In this document: piece by piece, positions 18,162-25,871 of the stretch
Position numbering within the stretch: position 1 is the first letter of the stretch
Layout: every line of letters starts with the position of its first letter
Made by a program: the position numbers and the translations under genes
The notes under the pieces: model-generated
What the model saw: only the letters and a program-made list of their open reading frames with translations
Databases searched by the model: none
What the model was told of the DNA's origin: nothing
Source of the DNA: a virus
Strand: one strand, 5' to 3'
DNA length: 64,000 nucleotides
IMG/VR virus record: IMGVR_UViG_3300013947_000004

Positions 18162-18573
18162 CTTTTACTTTTTCAGTGTATAAATCTAATAAAGTGTCTA
18201 ACTTTTTGTATAAAGATGCAATATCAACTTCTTCATCTTTGTCTGTTTTCGGGAGTTTTACTTGAGATTCCTTCTCTTTTTCTTTTTCAAAAAACGTACT
18301 CGGACTTTTTGAAACTTCTTTAAGGAAATCCTCAAATTTAGCTTCGTCAAAATCCTCGTCAGGGGATTCTTTACCGATAAGTTCAGAAGTATACAATAAA
18401 GCCATGGCTAGTGTATCAGGGTCTACATCAATAACTTGGCTCAAACCCAACAGTAGGCACGTTACATTCATATCTTTATTAGATTCCGTCGAGGAAACCA
18501 TAACAGCGACGTTATCTTCATCCTTAGTTAATTTAATAGTAATCTTCATATCTTTTGTTTGTTTTTCTTCCAT
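18151..18573 (-). CDS. acidic hypothetical protein (140 aa)
   Basis: ORF track. Confidence 0.6.
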   Translation of the reverse strand: MEEKQTKDMKITIKLTKDEDNVAVMVSSTESNKDMNVTCLLLGLSQVIDVDPDTLAMALLYTSELIGKESPDEDFDEAKFEDFLKEVSKSPSTFFEKEKEKESQVKLPKTDKDEEVDIASLYKKLDTLLDLYTEKVKDDN

Positions 18574-18575
18574 TG

Positions 18576-19466
18576 TTATTTTTCTCCTTTTGTATACGCA
18601 TCACAATAAATATTAACTGGGCAAAAATCTTTGCACTTTCTTCCATGCCATGACTCTCTGCATTTGCACGGAGGTGGCATTTTACCAGTTTCTACAGCCT
18701 TTATCAAATCCATGGATTTCTTTTTCATATATAGCTCCATCCAATGGTCTGATATTTTACCAACAGGAACTAAATAAGCATTTTCTGTAACTCCTCTGCT
18801 CCCCGCCATATATGTATTTCCATCTCTCACGATGACTTCACATACCATATTGGCAACAGGTTTTCCAAGGACTTTTTTCAACTTCATCCTATAATCGTTC
18901 ATCTGAACCGCCAAATCGAACATATGCTTGGCGTTACCACGGGTAATTGTTGTTTTGTATCTTGGTTTACCGTTTTTATACCAACCTACCTGTACCCTTT
19001 TTGTCCCCATCCCCATGGTTTTTGCCGCTACATAACTTCCATAGGTCTTGTAGTCGAATAATGTCCCACCGTTTTCGGGAGAATAGAAGTCGAAAGCTCC
19101 AGTGCTTATCCCATCATCCAGTCTTTGTTCTCCTAAGTCGTCTTCACTCATACCATCTTCTAAGTTCGCATGAGTCTGAGTCCCTAAGAGGGCAAACATC
19201 ATTGACCTTGGGTCAACAGCATAATCTTTTGTAATTGTTAGAAAGGCTTCCCTAGTTCCTCTTAGACATTGGGTGGTACTTGGTTTGCCTGTCCACTCTC
19301 TTTGTTTGGAGAGTTTACGGAGTGTTGGAGTGGACAGGCAACGTCCGCATGGAACGTAATAGTCCCCAGTTACCGGGTTTATCTTACCCACTAACCTGCA
19401 TTTTTTTAAACATTCCTCGATAGGGATTTCTCCACCGTCAGGGCATTTCCATCTAGTATAAGGCAT
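18576..19466 (-). CDS. RecB/Cas4-family PD-(D/E)XK exonuclease with Cys cluster
   Basis: FDFYS...LFDYKT (D...DxK), QMNDY (QxxxY), and C-terminal CKC...C...C cysteines. Confidence 0.6.
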   Translation of the reverse strand: MPYTRWKCPDGGEIPIEECLKKCRLVGKINPVTGDYYVPCGRCLSTPTLRKLSKQREWTGKPSTTQCLRGTREAFLTITKDYAVDPRSMMFALLGTQTHANLEDGMSEDDLGEQRLDDGISTGAFDFYSPENGGTLFDYKTYGSYVAAKTMGMGTKRVQVGWYKNGKPRYKTTITRGNAKHMFDLAVQMNDYRMKLKKVLGKPVANMVCEVIVRDGNTYMAGSRGVTENAYLVPVGKISDHWMELYMKKKSMDLIKAVETGKMPPPCKCRESWHGRKCKDFCPVNIYCDAYTKGEK

Positions 19467-19519
19467 ATCTTGACTTTCCTTTCCTACATCAAACCTACAT
19501 TAAACTAATATTTTAGTTT

Positions 19520-19560
19520 AAAAAAAAGTCTCAATATGGGAAGTCCGGCTCTTCCCATAT
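19520..19560 (-). terminator. hairpin plus T8, downstream of promoter 19576-19603
   Basis: Minus strand reads ATATGGGAAG-AGCCGGA-CTTCCCATAT, then TGAGAC, then TTTTTTTT. Confidence 0.5.
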
Positions 19561-19575
19561 CCCTTTCATGCTTTT

Positions 19576-19603
19576 ATTATAGCACTTTTATGATGTTTGT
19601 CAA
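19576..19603 (-). promoter_or_regulatory. sigma-A type promoter
   Basis: Minus strand reads TTGACA, 16 nt, TGcTATAAT (extended -10). Confidence 0.6.
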
Positions 19604-19632
19604 GCACTTTAATGCACTTTTATTTAATTTTT

Positions 19633-22600
19633 CTACATATAATTTTCTTCTAACCTTGACGTATCTTTATTGTACGTAAATTCAGCAATATTAGGGCCAT
19701 ACATCCCATCACGTGCCTTATCTATCTTAATCCGGGTCACATTCTCTAACTGTTGCTTTTCTTCTAAAGATAAGTTAGGGTCTTTCCCCGGACGCCAAAG
19801 CAACATGATAATATCAGCTGATGCTTCCAAATCTCCGGTTAGTTTGAGTTGGGTCATATTTGGTTCCCCATATGGGTTCCCCCCACGGTTTAACTGAGAT
19901 AACATAACAAAAATAATATTATTTTCTTTTGCTATTGCTTTCATTTTAGTAGCTGATGCAGATGCACCTTCAAAATCAGAAGTCCCTTTTAAATAGCCAA
20001 AATAATCGACAAAAACCATGTCAACGGGGGCACCCATTAAGTTTTTAGCATTAACTAACCGAATCCGTTTTTCAATATCATTTATAGTATAATTGTTGTT
20101 GTCAAAAATAAGCAGGTGATTTTGTAACTTTGATATAATGTTTTGAACTTGAGTATCACTGCTTCTAATATACCCTTCTACTTCTGCCATTGAACATCCG
20201 ATAAGTTTCGCTACACATCGTTCTATAAGTTTTCCTTTTGGCATTTCTAGTGAGAAAAATACAACCCTCATTTTATCTTGACAAATAGCACGAAGCATAG
20301 CTTCGATAGCGAAATCCGTATTATGAGTTACGATGTAATTATTGCATAGATATGTATGTTTTGGACTGTCAACAGTAATACACTGCATTTCTTTCTTTTC
20401 TTTTAGTTTTTCTATAGAAACAATAGCCATTTTACTCCTATCTACCCTACGGGAAATATTCCGACGTTTATTCCATCTTTCAATATGCTTTTTACTAGAG
20501 AACCAAACGTCTGAAATTTTTTGTATTACCAAAGTGTATTCGGGGATACTCGATTTACCTTTCCTTACATGATAATGCATTTCACATCTTACACCTAAAG
20601 AATTTAAAAGCGTGTTCAGCCCATCTATTAATCTTTTTGATTTGCTAGAGAATTGGGTAAAACCCCTGTCGTTAACACATCCGTCCGTGTCGATAAGGCC
20701 ACGAACTAATTCTATGCGATTTTCTATAGAGTCGAACAAATATTCATCAGGAATAAATTTTTCGCAACTCTTTGCCCCGTGAAATGTTTCTCTGAGGTAA
20801 TTAACAAAAGGATTATTTTTCCCTCCGCAAAAACACATTTGATTGGGTTGTCCTTTATGAAGGTGCCAATGGCCGAAACTAGCCGTTAAATAGGAAAGCT
20901 TCTCTTGAATGTCCACCTCTGGGTTGGTAAATGTGATTTGCCTTTGAGATAATCCACCATCTCCCAACATAAGCCCTATGACATAAGGGGAAATAATGTG
21001 TTCTCTCTTTTTGTAATTAACTTCTGAGCAAACGGGTATATACAAATTCCACCCCTGTTGCCCTGCCGTTCCTCTTTTTAATTTATACTCAGACATAATA
21101 TCCTTCAAGGGTTTAACAAGCCAAGATTTACCTTTCATTATGCGATTTTGAGTACTGAATTTCCATAAATGGTCTTCGCAACAATCAACATAACTACCAT
21201 CCTTAAATGTTACTCGGTACACATCTTTTTCCCCTTGGGGAAACACATGAGTAACTTTCGTTTCTTTTCCATCTTCATCAAAGACTATATCCCCAACTTT
21301 TATGTCCCCCATTTTAACAAACCCAAAGGGCGTTGCAATCAAAGAGTCTAAAGTTAGAGCTTTACCTACACCACTATAAGCTCCGATAACAACAACCTGC
21401 TTCTTTTCAACTCTACGGATGCAATTATCTATTTGTTCAAAATGGGTTTTAAAACCCCCGGTAGTGTATATCTGACGCAAGTCATTCAAACATTCGCCAA
21501 TGTCTGACGCTTCTTTTAAAATATCGTCGGAATCCTGCCCAATAGTGTTAAAGTATTTCTTCAAATCTTCTGTATCTTTGTGCCATCTTTCAGCCAAGAA
21601 TTTAATAATATCAAGCCGAATCATTTCAGAACGGACGGTTGGAAGGTAATTTTCTGCTTTTTGATATTCTTCTTCTATGGTAGAACACCCCGCTAAGAGC
21701 AATCTCATGACGTACTTGTCGATATGCTCCGTTGGGAGAGTCTTAGGATTAACCCCGGCAAGGAGGAGGTCATTCATGTCTTTAAATTCTTCTGGGACAA
21801 TCCCTACCCGAACTTGCCTTCCACTATCAATAGAACGGAAGTAATCACGGACTCTAGGTAAACGTTTTTTGCCCGGTTCGTCATTATCCGGGAATATAAC
21901 AATAGACGTTTCCCTCCGTAAGTATCTACTCAAAGCCTTTATTTGGTCACGATGTATTTCATTTGAGCAATAAGCAACCGTTGGGAGTCCCATTTGATAA
22001 CCACTGATAGCGTCCATGTACCCTTCAACCACGTACACACTATCTTTGATTAAACGTCTCGCCTTATCAAGCCCATACAGGAAAGAGGATTTGTCAAAGA
22101 GAATGTTGTTCCGGCTGTTAATGTATTTCGGCTTTCCGTCAAATCTACGTACAGCAATCCCAACAGTTCTTCCGTTTGGGTCAATAAGAGGAATTGTGAC
22201 CTTCCCTTCATACCCTCCGAGTTCGAACGTTTTGATTGTTTCGGCTGTAAAACCACGTTTTTCTGTAAGATATGAACGGACATCTTCTACCCCAGCTACC
22301 CCTTTCTGCTTTTTACTGTCCATTTTCGCTTCTAAAGCTTTTTCATTCTGGTAGGTAGCATCATCTACCAAGCTAATGTTAAGCATGTTAGCAAGCTTCT
22401 CAATAGCCATATTGTACGTAATGTGGTCATAGTCTGCCACAAAATTAATGACATCGCCACTGGAATTGCACGAAAAACAATAGTACATTCCTTTGTTATC
22501 AACGAGCATCGACGTAGGATTACTTGAACCATGGATGGGGCAAGCACATCTCCACCCATTACCACTTCTTGTTAATTCGATGTTCGCATATTCTTGAATA

Positions 22601-22662
22601 AATTGGGGAAAATCTATCTTCTGTCTGATAATATCTTTAATGTCCATTTCTAATTCCTCCAA
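19633..22662 (-). CDS. DnaG-type primase fused to DnaB-like helicase, interrupted by an intein
   Basis: CHC2 zinc finger CPIHG...CFSC, and TOPRIM VVEGYMDAIS...FPDNDEPG. Walker A GAYSGVGK|T is split by the intein. A DnaB-like C-terminal domain follows. Confidence 0.9.
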   Translation of the reverse strand: MEELEMDIKDIIRQKIDFPQFIQEYANIELTRSGNGWRCACPIHGSSNPTSMLVDNKGMYYCFSCNSSGDVINFVADYDHITYNMAIEKLANMLNISLVDDATYQNEKALEAKMDSKKQKGVAGVEDVRSYLTEKRGFTAETIKTFELGGYEGKVTIPLIDPNGRTVGIAVRRFDGKPKYINSRNNILFDKSSFLYGLDKARRLIKDSVYVVEGYMDAISGYQMGLPTVAYCSNEIHRDQIKALSRYLRRETSIVIFPDNDEPGKKRLPRVRDYFRSIDSGRQVRVGIVPEEFKDMNDLLLAGVNPKTLPTEHIDKYVMRLLLAGCSTIEEEYQKAENYLPTVRSEMIRLDIIKFLAERWHKDTEDLKKYFNTIGQDSDDILKEASDIGECLNDLRQIYTTGGFKTHFEQIDNCIRRVEKKQVVVIGAYSGVGKALTLDSLIATPFGFVKMGDIKVGDIVFDEDGKETKVTHVFPQGEKDVYRVTFKDGSYVDCCEDHLWKFSTQNRIMKGKSWLVKPLKDIMSEYKLKRGTAGQQGWNLYIPVCSEVNYKKREHIISPYVIGLMLGDGGLSQRQITFTNPEVDIQEKLSYLTASFGHWHLHKGQPNQMCFCGGKNNPFVNYLRETFHGAKSCEKFIPDEYLFDSIENRIELVRGLIDTDGCVNDRGFTQFSSKSKRLIDGLNTLLNSLGVRCEMHYHVRKGKSSIPEYTLVIQKISDVWFSSKKHIERWNKRRNISRRVDRSKMAIVSIEKLKEKKEMQCITVDSPKHTYLCNNYIVTHNTDFAIEAMLRAICQDKMRVVFFSLEMPKGKLIERCVAKLIGCSMAEVEGYIRSSDTQVQNIISKLQNHLLIFDNNNYTINDIEKRIRLVNAKNLMGAPVDMVFVDYFGYLKGTSDFEGASASATKMKAIAKENNIIFVMLSQLNRGGNPYGEPNMTQLKLTGDLEASADIIMLLWRPGKDPNLSLEEKQQLENVTRIKIDKARDGMYGPNIAEFTYNKDTSRLEENYM
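20320..21360 (-). mobile_element. intein (347 aa) with LAGLIDADG homing endonuclease, class-3-like
   Basis: Begins ALTLDS right after GVGK and ends VTHN before T+1. Has LMLGDGG and LVRGLIDTDG motifs. Block B reads CEDHLW, block F has C, block G reads THN. Confidence 0.85.
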
Positions 22663-22711
22663 AAATTGCTCTCAGAGCCGTTTTAAGGCTCTTTAATCTC
22701 TCGCAGGTCAA

Positions 22712-22740
22712 ATTATACCTAGAATTGATGTTACCCCCAA
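22712..22740 (-). promoter_or_regulatory. promoter box copy B (TTGGGG-17-TATAAT) upstream of the primase-helicase
   Basis: Minus strand reads TTTTTTGGGGGTAAC-N12-TATAAT, about 45 nt before the start codon at 22662. Confidence 0.55.
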
Positions 22741-22789
22741 AAAACATGCTCTGGAGGGCTGATTTTAACAAAAAACAGCATTTTGTGAT

Positions 22790-23005
22790 TTATCCGCTGG
22801 GCGGTTTCTTCACTTTTCGTGGGAAAGGAATTAATTTTCCTTTGAGGTTCATCATTTTAGTAATTTCATCAACCATCTTTTCTTCTATGCCATTTAAAAT
22901 TTCCAATTCCCATTCATTCGCTCCAGCTCTCTTTTTGTCAAGGCGGGACTTTGCGTTAATGTACAATCCTAAGAGTGCTTGGTGGACTTTATAATCTGTG
23001 TTCAT
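22790..23005 (-). CDS. hypothetical protein (71 aa)
   Basis: ORF track. Confidence 0.5.
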   Translation of the reverse strand: MNTDYKVHQALLGLYINAKSRLDKKRAGANEWELEILNGIEEKMVDEITKMMNLKGKLIPFPRKVKKPPSG

Positions 23006-23018
23006 AATCTCGACCTCC

Positions 23019-23312
23019 TTATAACTCTAATAGCATGTCAACCGAATACGGGATTTTGTTGCTTAACGGTTTCCTGACTTTATTCTTGTAGGAATCAATG
23101 TTCCTCCATACTGAGTTCCTATGGAACAATTCACTAAGAGGAGAACCATATGGGAGAGGATGCTCTTTCATGTAATTTAACAACTCCGCCTGTTCTTCTT
23201 GTGGATGTTCCCCTATTTGTCTGGAGACCCTATCATAGTTTTGTTGAGACCAGTGTCTCTGTCCCATCGTTTGGTCAAGAAACAGCTTAACCAAGGAATC
23301 CTGTATGTTCAT
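23019..23312 (-). CDS. hypothetical protein (97 aa)
   Basis: ORF track. Confidence 0.55.
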   Translation of the reverse strand: MNIQDSLVKLFLDQTMGQRHWSQQNYDRVSRQIGEHPQEEQAELLNYMKEHPLPYGSPLSELFHRNSVWRNIDSYKNKVRKPLSNKIPYSVDMLLEL

Positions 23313-23328
23313 TTAAAACTTCCTTTCT

Positions 23329-23835
23329 TAATTAATTAATATCTACGCAGTACGTCATTCCTGCGTAGATACATCTTACTTAAATGCAAGCCGTGATAAA
23401 TGCATTTGTTGGATTAAAACCTAACCAAGGAAAACATTAATTAAATAATATCCATTGCCGAGGTAACTCGGCTTGGGATAACCCGAATGAACCGAAGGTG
23501 AATGAGGGTAGGGATTTTAAAAACTTAGCCAAGAAAAAAATTAAGTAATTAATATCCCCCGCTCAAAGCTGGGGGATACTATTCTTTTAATTAATAAGGT
23601 ACGTAGTACCTAATCCTAATTTCTTCCTTGGTTAATTAATTAAGTAATATCCCAAGCCAAGGTAACTTGGTAAGGGATATACCTTACGAATGAGCGAAGC
23701 GAATGAGTAAGGTTAGGATTAAATAAATAACTAAAAAAATAATTAATTAAATAATATCCATCACCGGGTTTAACCCGGTTTGGGATATACCGACCGAATG
23801 AACGAAGTGAATGAGGAAGGTTTTTCTTTACATTC
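23329..23835. repeat. array of five ~105-bp units, each with an ATATCC...GGATAT-based hairpin (possible origin or sRNA array)
   Basis: Hairpins at 23340-23371, 23448-23480, 23553-23578, 23647-23680 and 23754-23788. TTAATTAA blocks separate the units. Units 2, 4 and 5 carry a conserved GAATGA..CGAAG..GAATGAG box. Confidence 0.85.
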
Positions 23836-24043
23836 TCTTTTCCCAATTCTCTTAAAAGATTCTTTTATAGGTTTCTTTTTTAAAGATTCTCTTTTAGTGC
23901 GTAATCCTTAATACCATTTGAAGCAGGTCGTTTTATACCAATTTTTAAAAATTAGTATATCTTTGCAAAAATTAATTCATATCAAAAGGTGGTTAAAGTT
24001 ACGTTTTCTGTTATGTCTAGTGCGTAACTTTTTACACCACTTT

Positions 24044-24526
24044 TTAGTCAAGTACAGCGGCCGGAGAATCCGGTTCCTCTTGATAATAATCGTATCCCAG
24101 AGTGCAATATTTATTCGGAGGAAGAGTCCATTTTTTGTCTTGGTTTATATAGTACTGATAACTAACATTATTCCCGGTGTATATCTTCATCTTGCAAATA
24201 GCATTTGCGGCTATTAAATCGTCCAGAGCTTTCTTGATGGTCTTCTCCGCCATTCCTACCATCTTGGCTATATTCCCATTTCCATACAAACATACAGGCG
24301 TATCACCAAACCTATTTAGTGTTAAGAAATAAAAAACAACTTTTGCAGACGTTGAAAGTCCAGAGTTGGTAACACGTCGCAACGAAGTTATACTTGGTTT
24401 GTATTTTACAAATGGGGCTTTCGTTGATATTAACCACTCGAATTTTTCCCCGTTATTGTATAACACCCATTTATCTAGCCATTTACTGTAATTGTATTTT
24501 TCGATTTTCATATGCATCTTCTCCAT
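24044..24526 (-). CDS. winged-helix DNA-binding protein (replisome-organiser/initiator-like)
   Basis: NIAKMVGMAEKTIKKALDDLIAANAI is HTH-like; next to the repeat-rich gap. Confidence 0.45.
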   Translation of the reverse strand: MEKMHMKIEKYNYSKWLDKWVLYNNGEKFEWLISTKAPFVKYKPSITSLRRVTNSGLSTSAKVVFYFLTLNRFGDTPVCLYGNGNIAKMVGMAEKTIKKALDDLIAANAICKMKIYTGNNVSYQYYINQDKKWTLPPNKYCTLGYDYYQEEPDSPAAVLD

Positions 24527-24768
24527 TTCTTATGCCCAACAAAAAACTTACTTTCTATAAGACTATTTTCCTCTAGTATTTTCAAAGCTCTAACAATAGT
24601 TCTTTCTGAGATAAAGTCAACTTCTTTGTGTATGTCATGTGCGGATATTTGAATGAAGGGGTGACCTTCGAAAGACACCCCTCTATCTTCAATACCCTGT
24701 TTAATTGCAGCATAGACAATAGCACAATTAAGACCGACTCTTTTTGCTATATTGATGTCTATCTCCAT
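24508..24768 (-). CDS. winged-helix DNA-binding protein (86 aa)
   Basis: DFISERTIVRALKILEENSLIE is wHTH-like. Confidence 0.45.
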   Translation of the reverse strand: MEIDINIAKRVGLNCAIVYAAIKQGIEDRGVSFEGHPFIQISAHDIHKEVDFISERTIVRALKILEENSLIESKFFVGHKKWRRCI

Positions 24769-24777
24769 AATCTTCTC

Positions 24778-25518
24778 CTATGCTGGTTCGTCGTACATGT
24801 TCATTTGCTGGTCGGCAATCACTTTCGATGCGGCTTGTTTTATATCTTCCGAGAAATTAGAACGGTCAGCTACCCAGCTTAAATATCCCATATCCGTAAC
24901 GGAACTTACTGGTTTCCCAGCATATTTACCTTTCGGGAAGATTACTTCTCCATTACTTGCCTGCGTAGCTGGTGTATCTTCTGAGCCATGATGTTGCTGT
25001 ACTGGGGACTGAGATTCCTGTGTAACCCCTTCTGGCAATGCCCAAGATGGAAGATTTGGTTTTTTGAAATTCCCCCACTGGTCAAGTTCGACCCAAATAG
25101 CTGGCAAGCTGTATAGATAACGACCAATTCCGAAAGCGGAACCTACACGACGGAACGCTCCAGAGATACCTCCCTTGAACGGTTCAAAGTCTGTACAGTT
25201 TGCCCCGTCTGTTTTTTGTACTGTATACCCTTCGGGAAGATTAATTGTAAGAGTTGCCAAAAAACCTTTTACAGAAGTTACTTCTACTTCCCCTTTGTAG
25301 TTGGTACGCTTTTTATCACCAAAATCTACAGGGGTGTATTCTACAGACCATTTATCTGCCCCCACAACTTCGTCTAATCGTTCCTGTACAGCACGGGCGG
25401 AGATGTATGCTAAAACTTCCCCCTTGCTTTTGTCTTTTGTTTTGCGCCCCACACGCCATTCCACATCTTCTGGCTTAAACGGAGCTTTCAATGCGTCGAA
25501 CAATTCTTTGTTTGTCAT
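24778..25518 (-). CDS. Rad52/Sak-like single-strand annealing protein
   Basis: FKPEDVEWRVG...AYISARAVQERLDEVVG fits the Rad52_Rad22-type SSAP N-terminal domain. The C-terminal tail is acidic. Confidence 0.65.
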   Translation of the reverse strand: MTNKELFDALKAPFKPEDVEWRVGRKTKDKSKGEVLAYISARAVQERLDEVVGADKWSVEYTPVDFGDKKRTNYKGEVEVTSVKGFLATLTINLPEGYTVQKTDGANCTDFEPFKGGISGAFRRVGSAFGIGRYLYSLPAIWVELDQWGNFKKPNLPSWALPEGVTQESQSPVQQHHGSEDTPATQASNGEVIFPKGKYAGKPVSSVTDMGYLSWVADRSNFSEDIKQAASKVIADQQMNMYDEPA

Positions 25519-25530
25519 AAAATTTCCTCC

Positions 25531-25692
25531 TTATTCTTTGCTAACTTGTAGTAGCTTTTCCACATCTTCTATGCGGAATCGTAAAATTCTCGGAGAGATT
25601 CGATAACAAGTTAGACTACCGTTTTCTACCAGCCGTCTTACTTGCTGTGTACTTATTTTTAAGTACTTTGCTACATCCTTAGTGTCTAACAT
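25531..25692 (-). CDS. excisionase/MerR-like HTH protein (53 aa)
   Basis: Own translation gives MLDTKDVAKYLKISTQQVRRLVENGSLTCYRISPRILRFRIEDVEKLL. SD GAGAGGAG upstream. First gene after the promoter at 25754-25782. Confidence 0.6.
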   Translation of the reverse strand: MLDTKDVAKYLKISTQQVRRLVENGSLTCYRISPRILRFRIEDVEKLLQVSKE

Positions 25693-25753
25693 CGTCCATA
25701 CTCCTCTCTGGTTTTTAAAGTACTCTATGTTGTTTGATGTACTTTATATTAAT

Positions 25754-25782
25754 ATAATATTACTTATATGTGGTTTTGTCAA
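25754..25782 (-). promoter_or_regulatory. sigma-A type promoter of the leftward early operon
   Basis: Minus strand reads TTGACA, 17 nt, TATTAT. The inverted repeat AAAGTAC-N15-GTACTTT (25717-25745) lies just downstream. Confidence 0.6.
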
Positions 25783-25841
25783 GCATCAAACTAAAAATAT
25801 GTTCTCTGACAAACTGTCATATACCAATTATGTAGTTTGTA

Positions 25842-25850
25842 TGATATAAT
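25842..25850 (+). promoter_or_regulatory. extended -10 element (TGaTATAAT) upstream of int
   Basis: Read directly; no good -35. Confidence 0.35.
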
Positions 25851-25871
25851 TAGGTAAAGGAGTTGGAGGAC

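Noticed and set aside
23329-23835. Possible CRISPR array
   Set aside because: The units are ~105 bp with only partially conserved sequence. There are no identical 25-40-nt repeats separated by unique spacers, and no cas genes are in the window.
23640-23846. 68-aa ORF on the minus strand with repeated HSLRSF(G/V)RYIP peptide
   Set aside because: It is simply the DNA repeat array read through. It has no SD, and its repeat periodicity follows the hairpin units rather than a protein domain.
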